NCBI GenBank assembly: GCA_002633005.1 | Contig: NMRA01000330.1 | Span: forward strand, 372,001 to 436,000 | DNA from: Phoronis australis | Taxonomy: Eukaryota > Animalia > Phoronida | Length of the DNA: 64,000 nucleotides | Reading direction: 5' to 3' | In this document: positions 1 through 12,500 of the stretch, piece by piece | Layout of the letters: each line of letters opens with the position of its first letter | Position numbering within the stretch: position 1 is the first letter of the stretch | Made by a program: the position numbers and the translations under genes | Notes under the pieces: generated by a model | What the model was told of the DNA's origin: nothing | The model's database searches: none | What the model saw: the letters and a program-made list of their open reading frames with translations, nothing else

Positions 1-16
1 CGTTAGTTTCACATAC

Positions 17-142
17 CTGACTATATCACGAAATGCCGTAAGCAACGGCTTACACTGGTATTTGATCCCATGTTTGTGACACAAGGACTTGACCAGAGGA
101 GCCACCTTGTACAGGTTGTGCCTGGGCATCGTAGGGAAGAGA
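17..142 (-). CDS. Second copy of desaturase exon 10 beyond an assembly gap (allelic duplicate or tandem paralog fragment)
   Basis: 1-285 matches 1596-1880 at offset 1595. [41 protein letters not shown] is identical apart from a synonymous Leu codon; donor is GTATGT vs GTACGT. Confidence 0.65.
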
Positions 143-562
143 CTGCAGAGAAATCATTGTAATCAGATATAGCGTTGATTGGTAGTGGACATGCAAAGTT
201 AGTTTGGGGCTTGAAAGGGCACTTAGCCGTGTTGAGATTATGTAGGGCCTTATTGACAAGTCAGCGTATACCGACAAATACCAAANNNNNNNNNNNNNNN
301 NNNNNNNNNNNNNNNNNNNNNNNNNNNNNNNNNNNNNNNNNNNNNNNNNNNNNNNNNNNNNNNNNNNNNNNNNNNNNNNNNNNNNNNNNNNNNNNNNNNN
401 NNNNNNNNNNNNNNNNNNNNNNNNNNNNNNNNNNNNNNNNNNNNNNNNNNNNNNNNNNNNNNNGCATGCTTAAAAGATACAAAAACAGTTTTGACAGCAG
501 TCGTGTAACTTTCCCCGTATTCATGAGTCCTTTCCTTGCAGATTAATAAGTCGTCTCTTCAT

Positions 563-3500
563 TCAGTCTGAGTGGAATTCATTGTAGGCATGTTCCCACA
601 GCTGGCCAGAGTGCTCTAAAGAACTGTGTAAAATAAAACCAACAGAAATGTTAATTGTATGTAGACCTTGACCTTATAATACGATTTACATATTGTTACT
701 TCACAACTTTACAATTACGATAAATTTCTGCAATTAGTGATGTTGCTCTTGAAATATATAACGCCAGGCTTTACAGTTCATAAGGTTCATGCCTTGAAAT
801 AAACTAACTACTCTTACATTGTCTATCATTTTTGTCACCGAATTTTGGTGAACATCACCCAGCACACTACATACCTAGAAGCAGGGGTATATCCCTATCT
901 GAATAAGACTCCACAAAACCATTGTTGCTGAATACAACTAAAATTAGTTAACCCCAATACAGAAACAGTTCAGGGATTGATCAGACCCCATCACATGACC
1001 CGATTCACTTGATCGTGGATTTGACTATTACTGTTAAAATATCAATCATTTAGTACCTGGGGTCCATTTCATGAAAGTGACTTCAGATTTATGACAGAAA
1101 TTTGAGATTACCCTCACACTTTATTGTTCAAAAACAGTTTATAATAAAAACAAATAATTCTGAGACATGTCATGTTTTAGAAGTTAATTATCTCAGCAAT
1201 TAGAAGTTACATGACTCTCAGAGACTGCATCTTTGCTCAAGTGAGATTTAATTATTTTCAGACATAGTTGCGTGGAGCAGAAGTCCAAATTTGTCTTCAC
1301 TTTCCATGCAACGGACTCCTGTTGTCTAACTTCGTAACGGGAAAGTCACACAGTTGTCAAATAAATTGTTACAAAATTCCAATTTTTCAAAAACTAGTTA
1401 CCTTAAAAGTTTGACAAAATAACGTTTTTATGACTTTTACATCAATTAGCATAAACCAAGCTAGTGGTAGTCGACAGGTTTTTCAATGTTTTTGTTGGGA
1501 AATTTTGACAAAAGAAAAGCTCAATCGCGTGCTCAACAAATGATCTAACGACTATATACCACTTAACGTGCTACACTTCACTTACATGACCACTTCGTTA
1601 GTTTCACGTACCTGACTATATCACGAAATGCCGTCAGCAACGGCTTACACTGGTATTTGATCCCATGTTTGTGACACAAGGACTTGACCAGAGGAGCCAC
1701 CTTGTACAGGTTGTGCCTGGGCATCGTAGGGAAGAGACTGCAGAGAAATCATTGTAATCAGATATAGCGTTGATTGGTAGTGGACATGCAAAGTTAGTTT
1801 GGGGCTTGAAAGGGCACTTAGCCGTGTTGAGATTATGTAGGGCCTTATTGACAAGTCAGCGTATACCGACAAATACAAAACATCAACTTTCATTTATACT
1901 GTTTATATTTTCCGAAAATAGAAAACCTGAAGAATTCAATTTTAGACCCATACCAATCTGCCATTGTTTGAGGTCACGTGACCCAGTGTTTTCCGTAAAC
2001 TGAAGTAAAAAGAAACAACTAAAGGTACATTGAATGGCTCTTAGAAGCCAAAAGGCACTTGGCAGTGAACAATTCGAGCAGGTTAATTGGCAATTGCGGG
2101 ATGAAAAACCCTGAAGCTCAAACTACAAGATTAAAAAAATGAAGTGTTTTAAATGAGGGATGTTTTCATCTCTCATGGAGGTACAAAGAATGCAGCAGCG
2201 AGTGACACCTGGTGTCAAATCACAAGTGCATGGTTCGAGCATCATTTCATGTCACAATAAAAAGAAGGTATATAATCTAAACTTACTGGTGTTCTATTTG
2301 GAAGTTGAGGTGACCAGTAAACCAGTCGTTGAAGAAAGACTTATCTATGTCACATGTAGCAGTCATCTGAAACAAAACCACCAAATGGCCGTGTGATAAG
2401 ACAGTAGAAATGGAGATTAAATGAACATGACATGATGACAAAGTACGAGACACTGTACCGACAATATTGTTGTTTTAAACTGTGGGACATGGTACGCTAC
2501 TAATAAATTGACCTACACATGGATAGCGCATGATGTCATAAATGTAGTGAATTGTGGGTAGTTTTTGACAGTCACATTAATACTTTGCCACATCTGATAA
2601 ATCGTACGACGTCAATTAACTTTCCACACCTCTGTATACTGGAATGAACACCCATCAGTTTCAGCAAACCATAAGAATTATCAACGTGAGTTAGGGATAG
2701 TTACATAAGTGTCAAGTTGTAGAAGACTTACGGTTAGAAAATCAGCCACTTCTAAACACCTCATGTTGCTACACACTGTCAACTAATCTTGTATGTGTTC
2801 TATTCAAAAGGCACAACACCTATGAAATGCAGTTTTCTATGCATTTAACAGTAACAACCCTAACTGTAATTCACAGTCAAACTAATTACATCGTCTTTAG
2901 GTCATTCACCAAATTGTCCCTCACCTGAAGCTCCACCCAAGATTTATGGGAGTCATCGTGTTCTATCTCCATGGGGATGTGGTTCATCTGGGTTACCCAA
3001 GTGAACCAGTTACTCTCCAGGGTTCTAGAAAATGAACAATTCAGGCTGTAACTATTCTTGTTCACGAGACGTTAGTTATGGAAGAGGAGACAGTGATCTG
3101 TTTACTGTTGTGTGTTTTTAACTATGGCTATACAGTGCATCTCAATACCTTTGGTTTCATTTTTTTAAACATTTTTAAAAATTCAACGCAAGAAATTCTA
3201 TTCATCAAAAAAACTTGAGTTTGAAAAAATTGAAGGCATGCAATTGTTTTTTTAGATATATCGTCATTTTTGAGGAAGATCCTAATAACTTCCAGATGTG
3301 AAATGCTCACAGGAAACTTTCAAACTCTGTTCGTTTCTCACTAAATCATGCCTTAGCAATTTTAGCCCAAGAATTTGGCTGTCAAAAATGAAGTTCCAAA
3401 TGTTGTCTGCAGACAACCATTAACTATTATAACATTCATGTCCATACGGTCACACTTTGTGCATACTTTTATGCATATGACATATAACATTTATCAAAAC

Positions 3501-6500
3501 CATAAAAATGGATGATTTGGCGAGATCTGGTGAGGCTTGTCGCATCCAAGACACAAAACAGTTCATGCTAGAAGAAATTTGCAAATAATAATTAATTAGT
3601 AAAATTCATTTTTAGTTGCTGAACTTTCAAAATTTAGAGAAGTGGTGATGAGTCAACCCGCTCCGTACCAGTGAGACATTTCCCTCACAAGAACAGAAAG
3701 TGATCACGGTAATGCACAAGTTGGGAACACGAGACAGATCACAGACAGTGCCCTCTTGTGATCAAATTGGGGAAAGATAGGCAAGACATAATTATAATGA
3801 TAATGAATATACACGCAAGATGTAAATTTCTATCAGCATATTGTATGACTTTGTCTTGTACCAACATACTTATTAGTTTGCAATGACTGCTAATCGCTAA
3901 TAACACAAGAGCCTCGCTGTCATCCAATTTCAATTTGCTGAAAACTAGAATGGAAACCGGTAAAAAAATCCTTTACTTACAGCGGGGCTTATTTATAGAA
4001 CCCCTCCACTTCAATGCCAAATCTGCATTATCATAGATTACGTTTTTAAAAATTATCAGAAGTAACTTCAATTAGACGTGTCCTGTGTAGCAAATATCAT
4101 GCCTTCAATATCGTCAGACCAACCTGTTCATTTTATTCATCTAACAGTATGTACATGATGTCTTGTACTTTAATTTATTCACTACTATTTATGATTTATC
4201 AAGTAATTATTTTTATTTAATCATGTTGTCTTTATACTTTTAGTATATTTTATTCCTTTTATTTATTATTTAATTTGTTTATCATTTATTTCGTTTCATC
4301 AGTCTTTCCATGTCAATTTCATATTCATCATTATCCTTTAAGTCTTGTCTTTCATTTTTGTTAGTATGTTTGTATGTTTTACTGTCTTTTATGTTTTTAT
4401 TGAGGGGATGAGGGTTCTCGTGGAAAGCAGTGAAAACTGATGGGGTTACCCTCATTGTAAATATCACAATAAGTAAATAAATAAACAGGTAAAACAATAC
4501 ACACTCATTGGTAATAGCTTACATAGGAAATGTCGAAAAAGAGTCCGCATTCATTGTCCAATCAGAAACTCTACCGCAACCTCGCACTCTATTTTAAAGT
4601 GATGATTCCAGGCATTTATAATAGCTTCTCAATTACCAACTCACAAAATATTTCTGAAGCAAACGCAAACCAATTTTCAATAAAGTGACGTTCAATCTGA
4701 TAGTGACGCCAACTATATTGTTAGTGTCTCACTCGAATGTCTCACATAAAGTGAGACATCCAAGTCCCATCTGAAAATGTTACCTGACGAGGATAAAGAA
4801 ATAGAAGATAGTCCATCCAACACCTATCAGAGGGGTATACAGGTAGAAAAGTTTGATGTAGCATGTCATCTGGATAGCCATTTCAAACCAGAGTCCTCGG
4901 ACGAAGCAGTGGCGGAACGTCATGTATTGAAAATAGATTGGAAACAGAAGCGGTGGGCCGACTGGAAGAGAATGAACATGTGATTGAGAACACTGACATG
5001 TCTTGGTAGTGATTAGCACCATACTTGCACAAAACATTTTTCTTCAGATCAATTGAAAACAAAGCAATGGTACAAAACTCTTTATGCCACAATATTAGCA
5101 AAATTTCAAACATCTCACAAATGATTTAACTTGATTTGACTTTCTTCTCATTGGCTTAATATTTTCGTCTAAACTTTGAAAAAATGGGACTCTCGTCGAT
5201 ACGTTTTTGATAAATTTAAGAAAACAACAACAGTTTTGAGACTTGACATGTTTCGGTGTCATTTATTCAACACCATCCTCAGAAGTGATAATAAACTGGC
5301 CACCTAGCTAGGTCCAGCAACAAGTAATGAAGCACAGATAGTCAGTTACAGGGAGTGACAATGAACTAGACCAACAATGACAACCTGTGGTGTGTCAGTT
5401 GCCTGTTGAGATTGGGCTTGCACCAACTGATGTGTAAAGCCTTAGGAATTTTAAGCTCCTTTGTTGTTACAGCCTTGTCTATTATTACAAAGTCATTGAA
5501 AGAGCACTACTGATAACAATGATTGGAGCTCTGAAGGTGAATATTTACATGTGAATTTCTGTCAGAATTTAGATGTTCCTTGGTCCTGCAACCAGAACCA
5601 CACATTTCTGCAATATGATCTTCCAAAGTCGGTGCCACATGAGAGTGATTTTTAAGGCAATTTCTATACTTACTGGCAAACCAATATCTGTGTTGAATAT
5701 TGAACGGCATACTGGACTTTCTCTCCTTGGCAACTTCTTTAGGCATAGTGTCCCCAACTACAAATAACTTGTCCAGGCGGATATCAGGGTCTTTTCCAAT
5801 CTATACACAAAAAGCAAGACGTACCAACTTTCATACTTTACATGGGTCGTGTATACAAATCATACGCAGTAGAAGGTAAAAATAAAATTAAATTTGAAAA
5901 ACCAACAGAAGTATAATCATGTGAGAAAGGCCACAGATACAGTAACTCAAAAAGTCAAGGAATTGGTTCCATTATGGCCTAAAATTAATACTTCAAAAAA
6001 GCGGCGATAAACCTGCATTCCATCAAATCAATAACTTTTGATATTGGCCACTACTCGCTTAAAAAGTAATCTCAAAATTGTTTCTAAAGCAGACGAGAAG
6101 TGGAATTTGGGCTTTGAAAAAAATGTCAAAGCGTTGTTGTTGAGACCATGCTCAATGCATAACATGGCGGAGCGAGATAAGCCAACTTGTAGAGCCCAGC
6201 GCGATAAGCCAACTTGTAGAGCTTGGCACAAGCAATGACGACCAGCCAGTCCCTTCCAAGCCCAGAATACACATCTTAATTTGACCATGAAGACATTGGA
6301 GACCTCTTTTACAACAATAATGTGGGATAAATTAGTAGTTGCAATGGAAGGCAGGTACACAGCAAATATAGTTTTCAGTTTCTGACTAGAGCTAATACTG
6401 ATGACCAAGACTTACCACGTTGGGTTTAGAGTGATGCTGATAATGCATGTGGTTCCACCAGTGGCAAGAGGCTCCCTAATTTAGGGAAAATGAAACAATA

Positions 6501-9500
6501 CGCCATTATAAGCAAGGGTCAAGGGTCATAAAATACAAATTACACAAAATTTATCTTAACTGCTTAGTACCTTAAAGACTTAATGGACAATAATTAATTA
6601 AAAAGGAACTGGTTTCATACTTGAAATGGAAATAATTATGTTTTGTAGAATAACAATTAGAAACGGCATTACATTGAATTAACTTAATAGAAGGTTCTTG
6701 GTGAGAAAGCAAATTCCACGCTATGGAATTCCGTTCTACTGTCCAGTCCCTCTCTGCGACAGTGTCCAGGTTTCTGTCTTGGATATAAATTTGTTGGGAC
6801 ACTTCACACCCCATATGTTTACCTTGTATAATAGAACCATGAGACACAACACTATCACCCAGACAGAGGTTGCATAACTCTGGCCTCCAGAGATAACCGG
6901 GCTATGGATAACAGACCAGTCTGGCCTCAAACTGACCAGTTAAAGTTCTCACCTTGATGAATCCCATGAGGAACAAGTGGACAAAGTGGTCAAGCTTGGA
7001 TTTCTTGAACACCGACAGATGACCAAAGTCATGTTGCAACCAGCCAGCCTGAGTCTGTGGGCAAAGAAGAGAATGAAGGAACTGTGGAGTAACAATGAAA
7101 TTATCTGAATTCTTTTAACAACTTATACTGCCCATTTCTTAGGACAAAATTCATTCCTAAACTGCTTTTTTGGTTCGTGAGTATAAGTGGAACTCATTTG
7201 TCTACCTAGTATTATTTTAGCTGACCACCAGATGTCACCAGTGTTGTTTAGGTACTAGTGTATATTCATTTGTTAGTTTTCATGTGAAGGTAGTGGAGTA
7301 AAGATGGCCATTCTCTCACACTCCAGTTTCTTCTGACATCAATCGCCGTACATCCATTCCACATTACTTTTGATTTGATTTGTTAATATTTTGAGAGATT
7401 CCTAATTATATGTCACAACATGACTCAATGGAGTTCATTGATCAGTGGAGCAGGAAAAGCTGTCATATTAACTTCAGGATGTGTCACACAATACGAAGCA
7501 CGCACTTCCTTGGCAAAGAACAGACTCAAAAATGCAAGGGACAGGCAAGGAATGAGACGCACAGAGTTGTACAGAGGTCGGGCCATTGTTAAATTTTACG
7601 ATAACAGACATCATGGCTGAATATGCCACCGTTGTGTCACGTGTCATGTGCAAACATTTTGTTAACTTTGTCATCACAGTATTAAAGATATAGAACATTA
7701 AATTTTGCGGCAACAACAAATCCAAATTTTGAAAACGCATGGTTCCACCCTCATGCACTTCGGACGGTCGCCATGTCCACTTCAAAACCTCACATTCACT
7801 GTAAGTTTTTATGGTTCTCTTATAATCCAACAATATTTTTGAATTTTGACAAAAATTAGTCATCATCTTCAAAATATTTTGTATGTTATTTTCTAACAAA
7901 CGGATGGCTGCCCTCATCAGAGCAGTCTAAGTAATCACTCGGGAACATTACCTGAGTCGTGGCGTACAGCACCGCAGAAGCAATGAATGGTATCCAACCA
8001 GTGCCGAAATACACCATAGTGAAATAAGTAAGGACTTCTAGGACGATCACTTGGAGTATAAACATGGTGTAGAAAAAATAACTGGATTTAAACAAGCCCT
8101 GAAAAAGAAATGTTCAACATGACTTAAACAAAGGGGGAAATAGGCTGATATTACTATGTATTTATTATCAAATGAACAATATACTAAATTATTATAAAAA
8201 AATCTTTGGAATTAGCCACAACTGATTAGTTATTAATTAAGTTCCAGTATTGTATTCTCCATCAAACGTAATGCTTTACACTGTGTTGCAATACACAAGC
8301 GTGACATCACAACTTTCATAGTGGAACGTAATTAAATAACTTTATCCTTGAGCTTCCAACAAGAGCAATGCAAAGTGTTGAAATACCCCCACAGCTGTAT
8401 ACACGGTGTGCTTGTGGGAGTTATAATTAGTTTCNTTGTGTCACTGAATATTCATTTGTTAGTTTTCATGTGAAGGTAGTGGAGTAAAGATGGCCATTCT
8501 CTCACACTCCAGTTTCTTCTGGCATCAATCGCCCTACATCCATTCCACATTACTTTTGATTTGATTTTTAATATTTGGAGAGATTCCTAATTATATGTCA
8601 TAACATGACTTAATGGAGTGATCATTGATCAGTGGAGCAGGAAAAGCTATCATATTAACTTCAGGATGTGTCCCACAATAAGAAGCTCGCACTTCCTTGG
8701 CAAAGAACAGACTCAAAAATGCAAAGGACAGGCAAGGAATGAGACGCACAGGGTTGTACAGAGGTCAGGCCATTGTTAAATTTTACAATAACAGACATCA
8801 TGGCTGAATATGCCACCGTTGTGTCACGTGTCATGTGCAAACATTTTGTTAACTTTGTCATCACAGTATTAAAGATATAGAACATTAAATTTTGCGGCAA
8901 CAACAAATAAAAATTTTGAAAATGCATGGTTCCACCCTCATGCACTTCGGACGGTCGCCATGTCCACTTCAAAACCTCACATTCACTGTAAGTTTTTATG
9001 GTTCTCTTATAATCCAACAATAGCGCAACTTTCACAACTGCGTCCTTCTCACTTCCCATTTGCCCTTTTCAGATGTTAGGTCCATTCTCTCAATTGGCAG
9101 TGCGAGCTTCATAAGGTCTGAACTTGATTTAATTCAGTTGAAAACTCGCTCTTTCAGGTTCACCTAATTAGCACTCCTAAACATTTCAAATATAGCTTTC
9201 AAAAAATTTTGACAAAGAGATAGCCATGAAATTTCTTAGCATATATTTCCATCTATTTTTCAATGTTCATGATTTTGCCAATAACCTCAACAAAGCAAGA
9301 TGAATTTTGACAAAAATTAGTCATCATTTTTAAAATATATTGTATGTTATTTTCTATCAAACGGATCGATGGCTGCCCTCATCAGAGCAGTCTAAGTAAT
9401 CACTCGGGAACATTACCTGAGTCGTAGCGTACAGCACCGCAGAAGCAATGAATGGTATCCAACCAGTGCCGAAATACACCATAGTGAAATAAGTAAGGAC

Positions 9501-12500
9501 TTCTAGGACGATCACTTGGAGTATAAACATGGTGTAGAAAAAATAACTGGATTTAAACAAGCCCTGAAAAAGAAATGTTCAACATGACTTAAACAAAGGG
9601 GGAAATAGGCTGATATTACTATGTATTTATTATCAAATGAACAATATACTAAATTATTATAAAAAAATCTTTGGAATTAGCCACAACTGATTAGTTATTA
9701 ATTAAGTTCCAGTATTGTATTCTCCATCAAACGTAATGCTTTACACTGTGTTGCAATACACAAGCGTGACATCACAACTTTCATAGTGGAACGTAATTAA
9801 ATAACTTTATCCTTGAGCTTCCAACAAGAGCAATGCAAAGTGTTGAAATACCCCCACAGCTGTATACACGGTGTGCTTGTGGGAGTTATAATTAGTTTCG
9901 TGTAACATAATCGCACTAATCATGACGGTGTTTTTCCATTCAGTGACTTTACAAGAAGTAGAGAATTGTGAGTGCGTAATAACATTTAGCTCCTTTGTTA
10001 ACTGCCAAGCACAGTCTTTTGTCTGGCATGGCAACAGGCAGGACAATTACGGTATCTAGCAGACCACGTACTAGGAACACAGTCAAACCCAGAGTGTATT
10101 GGTAGATTTGGAAAGAATAGATTGTCGTAACTTCGGTTGTAGTTGGGCGATTTTGGCAATTCAAAAACTAAACAGTCATGATCACCATTTGACGAGGATT
10201 TCCGAAATGCTATCGGTTTATGTTCAAATTTGTTATAACTTAACTTTTTTTAGCAGCACAGCCCAGTCAGTCTAGATATGATCTTACTGGAGATTAGAGC
10301 AATTATCGAACAAAAGAGAGTTGGCCCTCCAAGCATGAATGCCAGAATGGAGTTAATCAGTCATGTAAGATATTGGCTACAGTTGGGGTGTTCTTCCCAA
10401 CTCGTTGCTGGGCTATAGAATCGAACAAGTTGGGAGCAACGGGAAAACGCCATAATGTATAAGTTACACTTTAATATATGAAACCTGAAAATAAAATATT
10501 GCTGCCACATCCAAGGCGATCAACTCTTTGTCAAGGTCCATCATAAATCTTCCTGGTCATATTCTATTTGACAATAATCCATGGACAAAAATGTCTTGCT
10601 AAAAACTAATAGGCCATTCAAAAACCGTCTTACAATGACATATCCAGTGAATATAACTCTCCGCCAACTTTTTTAAAAATCTGTTGATCCTCTGATAATA
10701 TTCAATGGATAGTGAATAGTCTTGTCAAAAACAAAAATAGCCCACAGGGGTATTACTGTAGTCCGGCCTGTCTGAAAATCGACAAGCATCAGCACACACC
10801 AGCCATAAACCATTGTGTAAAGTAGTGTCAAAATCTGTTAAGCCACATAGACAGAAAAGCAATATCTTAGTACTAAAATGGCCAACAGGAAGTGCTTTGG
10901 TACTCAACTTGATCTGTTCAAAAATCAACAGATCTTGGCACATCCCCACCACAAACCATTGCCTCAAGCTTCAACAAAACCCATTCAGCATTTCTGGCAG
11001 AAATCAATTAAGAAACAGTACCTCGTCAATAAAAACAAAAAATAACCGACAGGGGTTGTTACAGTGATCGAATCTGTCCAACAACGATCTCGTGCAGACG
11101 CCTAGCCGCCATACTGAGACAATTGTGATGAGCCCTACCAAAATCTGGCTAAACCCCTTATGACAATAATCAATGCACAAATTTCTTGTCGAAAAGTAGA
11201 ATATCCAACTGGGGGTACTTTGATTGTCAAATTCGTTCGAAAATCAGATGGTGTCGGTACATCTATGTCATTGATCCTAGAGTCAAACTTCATCAAAATC
11301 TAAAAAGCCAAAAGCACACCAGGAGGTGTTAGGATAGTCAAATCCATTTGAAAATTAATTGGTGCCTGCACACCACTGCTACAGAACTGTGCAACAAACT
11401 TTGACATAATTTCTTTCGACCATTTTTGACATAATCAACGGACTTAGTAAAGATGAAGACAGATGGGCGACAAACAGTTAGCGACCATAAAATGTCAGTG
11501 TTTTGTGAGCGCATAACGCTAACTTAAAAGTCTATTAAAGAAAAATAAAACAATAGCTTTGTTCTTTATAATTTCTACAAACTTTACAAAATGGAAAAAC
11601 ATTCACCATCTGACGCGCAGTGTTTGTCAGTTCTTCAAAGTCCTTGGCGATCTCTGACCTCTTGACCTCTGACGGCAACAACTTTCCAACATGGAGGGGC
11701 TTCAGATACTTCTTCACCGCGTTGAAGTCATTGTGAAAGGACTTGAATGCTTCCTGTAAAATTCATAATGGCCCATCAATGAGAGGCATGTCTCTCGAAC
11801 ATCTGTTGTCTTTCTGTGTTCGGACAACAGCAAAATTCCAAGACTGACCTGCATACCAACATTAATAGGATCTAAATTTACCTTGCGCAAATGAAACATA
11901 CGAGACACGTCCCTTTCCAAGGTACCAGTTTGTCCATAGACAAGTACATGAACCAGCATGAACCAACATGACTACAAAACCGAACACTTTTCATGGAACA
12001 GATCAAAGCAATTACCACATTAACAATGACTCCACCTTTTTGGTGGTTTGAAATACTTAGGATATAATGTCTGCAAGTCAAAATGCACCATGTAGCTAGC
12101 CAGTAATACAAAATTGAGCACAAATGACATTCTGTTTCCTCAGGCATTCAGGACATGTTTTAAATTAAGTTTGTCACATGATCCGAGTAGCAATGGTTCC
12201 AAACAAGGGGTATCCCATTTCTGTGGAAGTTCAAGACTCACAAAACTAGAACTTGAAAGCCGAGATAGACAGGCAATGCATCTTAATATGCAACGCATCT
12301 TGACATGCAATGCATCTCGATATGCAATGCAACACGCAATACAGCTTACCATGCAATGTATCTTAACATTCCATTCAATTCTTGGTCCCACTCCTGGTAG
12401 CATTGATCCAGAAACAATTCACACTTTAAAAAACTATTTTCATGGTACTGTCTATACCAACTTAACATTTCGGGGTAGGAGGGAGTAACTAGTCTGGTTT

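Larger units (their letters stand above)
7262..9899. repeat. Direct duplication 7262-8434 / 8448-9899 joined by a single N (probable uncollapsed haplotypes)
   Basis: Near-identical blocks with scattered SNPs and small indels, plus a ~280-bp segment (about 9022-9300) present only in the second copy. Confidence 0.85.

Noticed and set aside
175-546. ORFs spanning N runs (175-546, 261-524, 27053-27376)
   Set aside because: Artefacts of translating through assembly gaps.
521-565. Stop-codon readthrough of the desaturase TGA into 13 further codons
   Set aside because: The TGA-A context is not the leaky TGA-CTAG type, and a short open stretch is expected by chance.
7474-9059. Duplicated ORFs 7474-7917 and 8661-9059 as a nested gene
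   Set aside because: They lie in an intronic repeat inside the duplicated block, differ by indels and have no recognisable domain.
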